This document shows positions 15,274 to 23,305 of a DNA stretch of 24,000 nt, piece after piece; the first letter of the stretch is position 1, and every line of letters starts with the position of its first letter. The DNA is from Desulfobacula sp. Lineage in GTDB: Bacteria > Desulfobacterota > Desulfobacteria > Desulfobacterales > Desulfobacteraceae. The stretch lies in contig NZ_JAQYWD010000004.1 in the NCBI RefSeq assembly GCF_030145145.1, positions 116,622-140,621 of the forward strand, read 5' to 3'. The position numbers and the translations under genes were made by a program. The notes under the pieces were generated by a model. That model was not told the origin of the DNA and made no database searches. It worked only from the letters and a program-made list of their open reading frames with translations.

Positions 15274-16542
15274 ATGAAATCATTTGCAACAATTCTAATT
15301 CTAATCATTTTTTCATTGGGATTTTGGGCCTGCAGCAGTGAGCCGGTGGTTGATATTGCCGCCATAACATCCCAGCCAAAAGGCTTTGTGGGTTCCGACA
15401 CATGCAAAATGTGCCATCTGGAGCATTTTGATTCCTGGAAGATGACCCTGCACAGCCGCATGCTTCAGGATGCAAAAGCCAACGAGGATGCCATTATTGT
15501 TCCCATAGACGAAAAAACCATCCGCGGGGACCTGGCTAAACTCAGTGACAAACTAAAGGTTCCGGCCGATAAAATTTATGTACCGAAAAAAGAGGAGATC
15601 CTCTACACCATCGGCAGTCAATGGAAGCAACGATACCTGGTGAAAAAGAATGATATCTTGTATATTTCGCCCATTCAGTACAATGCCGATACCCACCGGT
15701 GGGTCAATTACCATGAGCAGGACTGGGACAAAAGACCCTGGCTGTTAAAATGCGGGGGCTGCCACGCAACGGGCGCGGATATTGCGAACGGCACCTTCAA
15801 AGAGCCCGGAGTTGCCTGTGAGGCCTGTCACGGAAAAGGATCATGGCACGCAGCGCTCCCAAAAACTGCGGTGTTTGAAAAACGAAATACCATCGTCAAC
15901 CCGGCCAAACTGACCATGGGGGTGGCTGCACAAATCTGCGGATCCTGCCATAACCGGGGCAAGGCAACCATGCAAAAAGGCGGGGGATGGCCGGTGGGGT
16001 ATGAGCCGGGCAAGGCCCTTGCCGCCTATTATGAATCAACTTCCTTTGAGGCAGGGGATGTAAAACATGTCTATGCCAACGAATTTTCCAAAGGACATCA
16101 TCAGCAATTTATTGACTGGCAGCAGTCCAAGCATTCAACAGAAGGTGTCACTTGTACCTCCTGCCACTATGTTCACCAGATCGGCATGCCCCAGACCCGG
16201 TCACAAACATCAAAATCCGGTTCCATGCAATGTTTTCAGTGTCATGTACAGGTGAATACCAACATGGCCCATTCCATCCACTCGTTTGCCAATTGTGTTG
16301 GCTGCCACATGCCAAGAATCGCCAAGAGTGCTGAATCCGGGGATATTCGCAGCCATGTTTTCGTCACCCTGCTGCCGGAAGATACCCTGAAGAACCCAAA
16401 GGTGCCCAACTCGTGCCAGACCTGTCACAAGCATAAAAATGATGATTTACAGGAACTTCAGTCCAACTGGAAAAAACTGGCAACCCTTCCGAAACCAGTG
16501 GGTAAGGCCATAGATCCTGTTGAATACAGGTATACGCGGTAA
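15274..16542 (+). CDS. Octaheme c-type cytochrome, a probable lipoprotein
   Basis: 422 aa. The signal plus lipobox-like sequence is LGFWAC. There are eight CxxCH motifs: CKMCH, CGGCH, CEACH, CGSCH, CTSCH, CFQCH, CVGCH and CQTCH. A GGAGAG RBS lies upstream. Confidence 0.88.
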   Translation: MKSFATILILIIFSLGFWACSSEPVVDIAAITSQPKGFVGSDTCKMCHLEHFDSWKMTLHSRMLQDAKANEDAIIVPIDEKTIRGDLAKLSDKLKVPADKIYVPKKEEILYTIGSQWKQRYLVKKNDILYISPIQYNADTHRWVNYHEQDWDKRPWLLKCGGCHATGADIANGTFKEPGVACEACHGKGSWHAALPKTAVFEKRNTIVNPAKLTMGVAAQICGSCHNRGKATMQKGGGWPVGYEPGKALAAYYESTSFEAGDVKHVYANEFSKGHHQQFIDWQQSKHSTEGVTCTSCHYVHQIGMPQTRSQTSKSGSMQCFQCHVQVNTNMAHSIHSFANCVGCHMPRIAKSAESGDIRSHVFVTLLPEDTLKNPKVPNSCQTCHKHKNDDLQELQSNWKKLATLPKPVGKAIDPVEYRYTR

Positions 16543-16559
16543 CCGCACAGGGGGCTGAT

Positions 16560-17264
16560 ATGACGCTTAAACATATAATTTTTAAACCCCTCATATGCTT
16601 TGCACTCCCCATGGTAACATGTGTGTTCATTGTATCCGGTATAGGCTGGGGACAGGAGGAGACAGCCTCCTTCATTAGGCGGTATAAACAATATGAAGTG
16701 AGCTCCGGTTATTATGAACAATACGAAGTCAAGCCTCGTCACGAGCGGCCCTTTGTAGAGATACCAGGTGTTCGAACCGGACGGTTTCCCTATAGTCCTT
16801 CAGGGGCTGCTGTCAGGTTCAATGCCCGGCGGGCGGATGCCCACCAGGGCATCCGGTTTTATGAAAACCGGCGGTGCGAAGACTGCCATATGGCCCAAAC
16901 TCTTGATCTGCATACGATCAGGGCAAACCTCACCTGTCGACAATGCCATGGGGGGGAACCCATTGCCAACAATGATCATTATTTTTCACCCATGAACCCC
17001 ATCAGACGGCATGCATATGTGTGTTCAAAATGTCACCAGGGGGCAAGTGCCGCTTATTCAGCCTATGTGATACATGAACCCAACCCGTCTCTGATGGCTA
17101 CCCAGGAATCATTTCCGGTCCTGTTTTATGCGTTCTGGATCATGATTGGCATTGCTGTGGGGACCTTTGCTGTATTCCTTCCCCATACGATTTTATGGGG
17201 GATTCGTGAACTGTTTTTCAAAAAGGAAACAACCGTGGAGGCGCCCCATGAAAAACAGACTTAA
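16560..17264 (+). CDS. Triheme c-type cytochrome with an N-terminal signal and a C-terminal transmembrane anchor
   Basis: 234 aa. The three CxxCH motifs are CEDCH, CRQCH and CSKCH. A hydrophobic helix, FPVLFYAFWIMIGIAVGTFAVFL, sits near the C-terminus. The RBS AGGGGG lies 5 nt upstream. Confidence 0.8.
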   Translation: MTLKHIIFKPLICFALPMVTCVFIVSGIGWGQEETASFIRRYKQYEVSSGYYEQYEVKPRHERPFVEIPGVRTGRFPYSPSGAAVRFNARRADAHQGIRFYENRRCEDCHMAQTLDLHTIRANLTCRQCHGGEPIANNDHYFSPMNPIRRHAYVCSKCHQGASAAYSAYVIHEPNPSLMATQESFPVLFYAFWIMIGIAVGTFAVFLPHTILWGIRELFFKKETTVEAPHEKQT

Positions 17265-18069
17265 AAGATTTACCCCGGTTCAGCGTATTTTTCATGCCGT
17301 ACTCATGCTCAGTTTCATATTCATGGGTGCAACAGGTCTCTCGCGCATGTATATGAATACTCCCTGGGGAAAATGGATGGGCTCCCTTTTTGGCGGATAT
17401 GACGTCAGCCTTGCAGCCCATAAGTATGTAGGCATTTGCATGATCATCGGATTTCTGATCCATTTTTTATATCTGATGATAAAAATCAACTGGTTGAATT
17501 TCCCCAAAAGTGTTATCGGACCGGATTCACTGCTGCCCAGACCCAAAGATATGACTGATTTTTTCCAGCACATCGGATGGTTCTTTGGTGCGAAAAAGCT
17601 TCCCGAGTTTGACCGGTGGGGATACTGGGAGAAATTTGACTACTGGGCTGTTTTCTGGGGCATGGCCATCATTGGTGTTACCGGGTTGATGATGGCGTTC
17701 CCTCTTTTTGCCACGCGATACATGCCAGGATGGGGATTAAATGTCGCTTTCTGGATACACCGGATTGAAGCGATTCTTGCCATGGCCCATGTGTTTATCA
17801 TCCATTTTTTCATAGCCCATCTTCGGCGCCATCATTTTCCCATGGATCGTGCCATGTTTGAAGGCAGTTCAGACCTGGCAACCATAAAAAGTGAAAAGGC
17901 TGCGTGGCTGGACCGCCTGAAAAACAGCGGGGAGCTCGAAGGAATGCTGGTGGCACAGGCAGCCCCCTTGAGACGAGTTGTTTTTTATTGTTTCGGGTAT
18001 GCCGTGGTGGCATCAGGATTGTTTCTTCTGATCGGGGCATTGGTCAATTTCAGATTTATCCTCTGGTAG
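17248..18069 (+). CDS. Integral-membrane b-type cytochrome (FdnI/HydC, Ni_hydr_CYTB-like), a putative quinone-interacting subunit
   Basis: The preferred start is MKNRLKRFTPVQRIFHAVLMLSF..., an ATG at 17248 lying 7 nt after GTGGAGG, rather than the track start at 17146, which overlaps the upstream gene. There are several TM helices with conserved His residues (RIFHAV, AAHKYVG, WIHRIEA..MAHVFIIHFFIAH). Confidence 0.75.
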   Translation: MKNRLKRFTPVQRIFHAVLMLSFIFMGATGLSRMYMNTPWGKWMGSLFGGYDVSLAAHKYVGICMIIGFLIHFLYLMIKINWLNFPKSVIGPDSLLPRPKDMTDFFQHIGWFFGAKKLPEFDRWGYWEKFDYWAVFWGMAIIGVTGLMMAFPLFATRYMPGWGLNVAFWIHRIEAILAMAHVFIIHFFIAHLRRHHFPMDRAMFEGSSDLATIKSEKAAWLDRLKNSGELEGMLVAQAAPLRRVVFYCFGYAVVASGLFLLIGALVNFRFILW

Positions 18070-18171
18070 TGCACCGCTGGACCCATCCTCCTGCAGACCC
18101 GGCATTTAACGCCCTGGTTAAGTAAACGCCACCCCCCTTTCAGATGGATCTTCGGCAAAAATGGGGTCAAT

Positions 18172-20034
18172 ATGAATTGGAAACAAAAAATTGTTGATCC
18201 TGATGTTGTCATGAAACGAATAAAACCGGGAATGCGTATTTTCCTGGGAACCGGTATTTCCGAGCCCCGAACCCTTGTTAAACACCTGATGAAGGCTGAT
18301 GATAACAACCTGGTGGATCTTGAGCTGATCCAGCTGGTCAATTTCAGTGATGCCATTTCCCTCAAGACCCTTGATGCCAACAAATACCGGTTTAAAACCT
18401 TCAGTTCGGGGCATATGGTGAACCGGGCCATTGCCCAGGGACTGGTTGACCTGATCCCCACACGCTTCACCCGGCTGCATCGACTGTTTGACGTTGGGCG
18501 TATCCGGGTGGATGCGGCATTTGTCCAGATTTCCCTGCCCGACGATGCCGGAAAAGCAAGCCTGGGGGTTTCCCTGGATGTGGCACGGTCTGCCATGGGA
18601 CAGGCCCGTCTGGTTGTGGGAGAAATCAATCCCAAAATTCCCAGGACATTCGGCAATACCTTTGTCACCACATCTGAATTTAATCTGCTGGTCCGTTCAA
18701 CCGAAGACCCTGTTTATTTTAACCGGTGGGAAACCAGCCCGGCCTTTGACCGGATTGCCCGGCGCATTGCATTTTTAATCCCGGACAAAAGCTGTATTGC
18801 CTTCTCCATTGGTCCCCTGTTTGAATCCCTGAGCCGGCAGCTGATGAACAAACGCCACCTCGGGGTCCACTCGCCGGTATTTACCGATGCCTTGATGGAC
18901 CTGATAAAAAGTGGAGCGGTGACCAATCTTTACAAGACGATCTTCCAGGGAAAATCCATTGCATCCTATGCGTTTGGAACCCCGCGGCTCATGACCTGGC
19001 TGGACCGGAACCCTTTGATAGAATTCCATGGGATACGCACCGTGTTTGATCCGGTGAATATCGGGAAAAACCCCCGGTTTATCGCCATTATTCCCGCACG
19101 AAAAGTGGATTTAGCCGGCCGCATTGTCCTGCACCACGGGAAAGGGAATGTCATCTCCGGTCCCATGGAGCTGATGGACTCTTTTTTCGGGGCCCAGATT
19201 TCCAGGGACGGCCGTATCATCTTTGGCCTGCCGTCCCGGAACCTGCGCAACCAGTCCAACATTAGACTTTCCATTGAACGGTATTACAACCAGCTGGGAT
19301 TTGAAGAATCCATTGACATGGTGGTGACCGAATACGGAACAGCCATGCTCAACGGGCTTTCCATCCGGGAACGGGCCCTGGCCCTGATCGAGATTGCCCA
19401 CCCGGATGACCGCCCGGATCTGTTTGACCAGGCCAGGCAAAAAAAAATCCTCTACCCGGACCAGATCTTCTTAAAAAAAAGCGCCCGCCTTTATCCCCAT
19501 GACGTTCACGATCAGCAGACCTTTAAGACAGGTGTCATTGTCCGGTTCCGACCCATAAAGCCTTCAGATGAGGAACAGATGCGGCAGCTGTTTTATCGTT
19601 TTTCCGATGAAGCCATTTATCACCGGTATTTTCATTCCATCATCACCATGCCCCATTCCAAGATGCAGGCGTATGTAAATATTGACTGGGCCAACGCCAT
19701 GTCCATGGTGGGACTGGTGGGGGAACCCGGACAGGGGATTTTAATTGCTGAAGCCCGATATTTACGGGAGAACTCCGGCAACAGAGCTGAAATCGCTATC
19801 ATTGTTGATGAGGCCTACAATAGTCTGGGTATTGCCACCCATATGGTGACCCTGCTGAAAAGACTTGGCAGGGACAGGGGTATTACCGTCTTTACGGCTG
19901 AGGTATTATTTTCCAATCGCAAAATCATGAAGGTGTTTAAAAAAGTGTTCCCCCACCTCAAGAGTGTCCTGGCGGAAGGGGTTTACAGTGTTGTCATGCC
20001 CATCGCGCCGGATGACCATCCGAACCCCACCTGA
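18172..20034 (+). CDS. Fusion protein: an acetyl-CoA hydrolase/transferase-family domain plus a C-terminal Pat-type GNAT acetyltransferase domain
   Basis: 620 aa. The N-terminus MNWKQKIVDPDVVMKRIKPGMRIFLGTGISEPRTLVKHL resembles the acetyl-CoA hydrolase / 4-hydroxybutyrate CoA-transferase family. The C-terminal region of about 170 aa (VIVRFRPIKPSDEEQMRQLFYRFSDEAIYHRYF...AEIAIIVDEAYNSLGIATHM) resembles the GNAT domain of Pat-type protein acetyltransferases. Confidence 0.75.
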   Translation: MNWKQKIVDPDVVMKRIKPGMRIFLGTGISEPRTLVKHLMKADDNNLVDLELIQLVNFSDAISLKTLDANKYRFKTFSSGHMVNRAIAQGLVDLIPTRFTRLHRLFDVGRIRVDAAFVQISLPDDAGKASLGVSLDVARSAMGQARLVVGEINPKIPRTFGNTFVTTSEFNLLVRSTEDPVYFNRWETSPAFDRIARRIAFLIPDKSCIAFSIGPLFESLSRQLMNKRHLGVHSPVFTDALMDLIKSGAVTNLYKTIFQGKSIASYAFGTPRLMTWLDRNPLIEFHGIRTVFDPVNIGKNPRFIAIIPARKVDLAGRIVLHHGKGNVISGPMELMDSFFGAQISRDGRIIFGLPSRNLRNQSNIRLSIERYYNQLGFEESIDMVVTEYGTAMLNGLSIRERALALIEIAHPDDRPDLFDQARQKKILYPDQIFLKKSARLYPHDVHDQQTFKTGVIVRFRPIKPSDEEQMRQLFYRFSDEAIYHRYFHSIITMPHSKMQAYVNIDWANAMSMVGLVGEPGQGILIAEARYLRENSGNRAEIAIIVDEAYNSLGIATHMVTLLKRLGRDRGITVFTAEVLFSNRKIMKVFKKVFPHLKSVLAEGVYSVVMPIAPDDHPNPT

Positions 20035-20039
20035 CAAAG

Positions 20040-20066
20040 GAAGGCACTCGCCTTCACCATTTTTTT
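20040..20066 (+). terminator. Rho-independent terminator candidate after the GNAT fusion gene
   Basis: GAAGGC (20040-20045), loop ACTC, then GCCTTC (20050-20055), followed by ACCA and a run of 7 T (20060-20066). It starts 6 nt after the stop codon. Confidence 0.6.
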
Positions 20067-20127
20067 AACCCTGCTTGGCTGCTGTGCCGGCAATTCTCCC
20101 TATAAAAGGCAATAGTCCCCGAACAAT

Positions 20128-20217
20128 GGGTCAGGCTTGCGTTATTGACACTTTTGCCGGCTTCTTCCCTTAATTATTCAGGCTTTGATCAAAAGCACAA
20201 TAACACAAGCCTGACCC
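20128..20217. repeat. Palindromic intergenic element, copy 2, with terminal inverted repeats GGGTCAGGCTTG / CAAGCCTGACCC
   Basis: 12-nt perfect inverted termini lie at 20128-20139 and 20206-20217. It shares with copy 1 the core GGGTCAGGCTT, the TTAT.GACACTTTT block, and the identical AAAAGCACAATAA box (20191-20203) at the same 3-nt distance from the right terminus. Confidence 0.7.
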
Positions 20218-20349
20218 GGTTTAGTTATCGCCATAATGAGAATTGCCGGCTGCTGTGCCATTTCTGTTGACACCCGCTTGTCCCCTGGCATATGATTATT
20301 TTTTTTGACATCGGCTGTTTGATCATTCAACCAAAGGAGATGATTATCA

Positions 20350-22752
20350 ATGAAAGGATTCCGCCGCATTCTCACCCTCATCATCGGCCTGGCTGCCTGT
20401 ATCGTCATACTGGTGCTATACCTGCCCTTTTTAAATGACTTCAAAACCAAAGGGACCCTTACCCTTCCCGGACTCACGGACAGGGTTACCATTCAGCGGG
20501 ACGAGAACGGAATGGCGTATATTCATGCCCGGAACCTTGAGGATGGATTTATGGCACAGGGATTTGTTACGGCCCAGGACCGGCTTTTCCAGATGCAGCT
20601 GACCCGCCTGGTTGTCCAGGGACGGGTGTGTGAGCTGGCCGGACCCGTTGCCAAAAATTTAGATATTCGCATGAGAACCATTGGCCTGCACAGGATGGCA
20701 AAAAAACAGGCCAACATCCTGAATGATCAAACAAAGGGCTATTTCCAGAAATATGTGGACGGGATCAATGCCTTTATTGCCCTTTGTCCCGATGATATCC
20801 ACCTGGAATTCAAACTGGCCGGCATCACTCCTGAAAACTGGAATGTTGTTGATTCCCTGGGTATCCTCTATTACATGGGATACTCAACCTCGGCAAATCT
20901 CAACACGGAAATAACGGCCCAGATGCTGCTGGAAACACTGGGGTATGAAAAAGCATGCCAGCTCATGCCGGTGAACATCAATGCAGATGATCCCGACGAT
21001 ACCGGCAACCTGAAAATACCCCCCAAAGACCATCTGTCCATCTCACCGACCGGTATCAAAGATGTTCTGGCGTATACCGGGAACCTGCAGCTTCGCGTCG
21101 GAAGCAACAACTGGGCCGTCTCCCCGGGGCGGTCTGCATCGGGCAGTACACTGCTGGCCGGCGATCCTCATCTGGATGTCCGGATACTGCCCGGGGTCTG
21201 GTATCCTTTGGGTCTGATAACACCCGAAACAAGAGCGGTGGGTGTTAATATTCCGGGCATACCCGGTATGGCCATCGGCCGTACCGATCATCTTGCCCTC
21301 TCGGTAACCAACAATTATGGGGACATGCAGGATCTGTACATCGAAACCATTGATCCTGAAAATTCTGACAATTATCTGGAAGGAAAAACCACCATACCGT
21401 TTATTCAGATCCGGGAGACCCTTAAAATAAAGGACAAAGACGACCCCAAAGGCTATCGGATGGAACCTGTAACCATCAGGGCCACCCGCAGAGGCCCGGT
21501 TGTTTCAAAGGTGTTGCCGGATTTAACCACCCAAAAGGTCATCAGTTTCCGCTTTGCCCCGGCTGAATCCATGGAACCGTTCATTGGTCTGATTGAAATT
21601 TTAACGGCGAAAAATGCGGCAGATCTTGTGAAGGTCTTAAAAAATATTCCCATGGTCTGCCTTAACTGGGTGTTTGCCGATACAAGCGGCAACATCGGTC
21701 ACCAGGCTTCCGGGAAAATTCCCATCCGGCATAATGGGGATGGGACCTTTCCCTTTCCGGTAAAAAATGCCGGGGACAACTGGCACGGATGGATTCCCCA
21801 GGACCAGATGCCCGGAACCCTGAACCCTGAAAAAAACTGGATCGGTACCTGTAACCAGAAAACCATAAAACACGACTACCCCTATTATTATTCTTCCTAC
21901 TTTGCCCCCTCCTACCGGTATAGAAGAGTAAAGGAACTGATGGCCTCTTCAAACAAAAAAACCATTGATGACCTGTGGATGTACCAGAGAGATACGAAAA
22001 ATTTAATGGCCCAAAGCCTGTCCCCGATCATGGCCAACGCCCTTCTAAAACATGAGGATACCCGTATCATGGGCAACATTCTTTCTGCATGGGACTTCAG
22101 GGATGACCCTGAAAAAGCCGCACCAGCCATCTTTCAAGCCACCTATCGATTGTTTGCCATGCGTGTCTTCGAAGATGACCTGGGCGAAGAAAATGCCATG
22201 ATCCTGCTCAACAACTGGTATTTCTGGCAGGAAAGACTGGAGCACATTATTTTAACCGGGGATGCGGCATGGATTGATGATACGAGGACAACCGATACCA
22301 TGGAATCCCTTGAAGACCTGTTTCACCAGGCGGCTGTAACCGCGAAAACCTTCTTAAGCTCACACTTGGGCGATACGCCTGAAAAATGGCAGTGGGGCAA
22401 GGTGCATGCCCTTGAACTTGTCAACCCGATCCGGAGAAAGGGAATAGGAAAAGCACTGCTGGGTTCCGGCCCCATGCCCATGGGCGGATCAGGGGAGACC
22501 TTGTACAGGGGATCATATGATTACGACACCCCTTTTGCCGTCAGCTATTGTGCCGCACTCCGCATGGTGGCGGATCTTTCAGACAGGGAAAAAGTACTGG
22601 CTGTCCTGCCGGGCGGTGTCACCGGCAGAACATTTCGTTCCCATCAAAAAGACCAGGTAGCCCCTTTTATGTCCGGGGAAAAGCGTTACTGGTGGTTCAG
22701 TGACACCGCCATTGACGAACACCAAACATCAAAATTAATCCTGGTGCCTTGA
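20350..22752 (+). CDS. Penicillin-acylase-family Ntn hydrolase (peptidase S45; possibly an acyl-homoserine-lactone or beta-lactam acylase) with an N-terminal membrane anchor
   Basis: 800 aa with RBS AAGGAG upstream. The N-terminal hydrophobic segment is ILTLIIGLAACIVILVLYL. It carries family hallmarks (GFVTAQDRLFQMQL, the autoprocessing and nucleophile site GSNNWAVSP, and AGDPHL). Confidence 0.85.
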   Translation: MKGFRRILTLIIGLAACIVILVLYLPFLNDFKTKGTLTLPGLTDRVTIQRDENGMAYIHARNLEDGFMAQGFVTAQDRLFQMQLTRLVVQGRVCELAGPVAKNLDIRMRTIGLHRMAKKQANILNDQTKGYFQKYVDGINAFIALCPDDIHLEFKLAGITPENWNVVDSLGILYYMGYSTSANLNTEITAQMLLETLGYEKACQLMPVNINADDPDDTGNLKIPPKDHLSISPTGIKDVLAYTGNLQLRVGSNNWAVSPGRSASGSTLLAGDPHLDVRILPGVWYPLGLITPETRAVGVNIPGIPGMAIGRTDHLALSVTNNYGDMQDLYIETIDPENSDNYLEGKTTIPFIQIRETLKIKDKDDPKGYRMEPVTIRATRRGPVVSKVLPDLTTQKVISFRFAPAESMEPFIGLIEILTAKNAADLVKVLKNIPMVCLNWVFADTSGNIGHQASGKIPIRHNGDGTFPFPVKNAGDNWHGWIPQDQMPGTLNPEKNWIGTCNQKTIKHDYPYYYSSYFAPSYRYRRVKELMASSNKKTIDDLWMYQRDTKNLMAQSLSPIMANALLKHEDTRIMGNILSAWDFRDDPEKAAPAIFQATYRLFAMRVFEDDLGEENAMILLNNWYFWQERLEHIILTGDAAWIDDTRTTDTMESLEDLFHQAAVTAKTFLSSHLGDTPEKWQWGKVHALELVNPIRRKGIGKALLGSGPMPMGGSGETLYRGSYDYDTPFAVSYCAALRMVADLSDREKVLAVLPGGVTGRTFRSHQKDQVAPFMSGEKRYWWFSDTAIDEHQTSKLILVP

Positions 22753-22847
22753 GCAAATGCGTTACGATATTCAAACCACCGGTTATTTTTTGATTTTTTT
22801 AAACTATGGCTTGAATTTTTACATTCAATATAGTAGGTTCCCGGCAA

Positions 22848-22923
22848 GCCAATGTAGCTCAGGTGGCAGAGCAGCTCACTCGTAATGAGCAGGTCTACGG
22901 TTCGAATCCGTACATTGGCTCCA
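22848..22923 (+). tRNA. tRNA-Thr (anticodon CGT), with encoded CCA
   Basis: Folded by hand into a 76-nt cloverleaf: acceptor GCCAATG/CATTGGC, D arm GCTC-AGGTGGCA-GAGC, anticodon arm GCTCA-CTCGTAA-TGAGC (anticodon CGT), variable loop AGGTC, T arm TACGG-TTCGAAT-CCGTA, discriminator T, then CCA. Confidence 0.9.
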
Positions 22924-23030
22924 CCCAAAACCACTGATACCAAAGCTTTTCAGCCTTTTTAAGAATTTTCATATATACACCAGAAACCTCTTCAAACTGC
23001 CCCAAACCGATCAAAACGCGCCCTGTTTTG

Positions 23031-23069
23031 CACCCTGTTTTGCACCCTGTTTTGCACCCAACTATATCG
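23031..23069. repeat. Tandem 12-nt direct repeat (CCCTGTTTTGCA x3, plus a partial unit)
   Basis: The sequence reads CCCTGTTTTGCA CCCTGTTTTGCA CCCTGTTTTGCA CCC, with three perfect contiguous units. It lies about 110 nt downstream of the tRNA-Thr 3' end, preceded by CAAAAC, which is complementary to the GTTTTG in the unit. Confidence 0.85.
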
Positions 23070-23305
23070 CAGGATATCTTTTAGATTCCACATAGTAAAA
23101 AAACTTTTTTCCAGCAATTCTGACAGTCAGATAATACAACCAGCGCCATGGATGATATCTCACCCACAAGCAATATTTCAGAAATAAAATCAGGTCTTTC
23201 TATGTGTAAAATTTTTATAAGAAATTTATTTTTTTCTTTACAACCGATTTTTATTGTTTTATTTTATCTATTAAAAGTTTTTATTCTAGCGTAAAGGTTT
23301 AAAAA

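Noticed and set aside
17146-17247. N-terminal extension of the cytochrome b ORF, using the track start at 17146
   Set aside because: It overlaps the TM anchor of the triheme cytochrome gene in another frame. The ATG at 17248 has a GTGGAGG RBS and starts just before the first predicted TM helix.
17985-18671. 228-aa minus-strand ORF
   Set aside because: It is entirely antisense to the well-supported cytochrome b 3' end and the CoA-transferase/GNAT gene. Its composition is Arg/Ser/Thr/Pro-rich and low in complexity, typical of a shadow ORF. It has no RBS or recognisable motif.
20178-20492. 104-aa minus-strand ORF spanning the intergenic repeat region and the start of the acylase gene
   Set aside because: It overlaps the palindromic element and is antisense to a strongly supported CDS start with its own AAGGAG RBS. 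It has no motifs, so it is probably spurious.
22774-22800. Possible terminator after the acylase gene (AACC-ACC-GGTT followed by T-runs)
   Set aside because: The stem is only 4 bp with a 3-nt loop, which is too weak to call. The T-rich tract may simply belong to the AT-rich region upstream of the tRNA.
22686-22943. 85-aa minus-strand ORF
   Set aside because: It runs antisense through the tRNA-Thr gene and the end of the acylase gene, so it is an artefact of ORF calling.
23031-23069. Possible CRISPR array
   Set aside because: The units are only 12 nt, there are three of them, and they are directly contiguous with no spacers. This is a simple tandem repeat. No CRISPR-like repeat-spacer structure occurs anywhere in the window.
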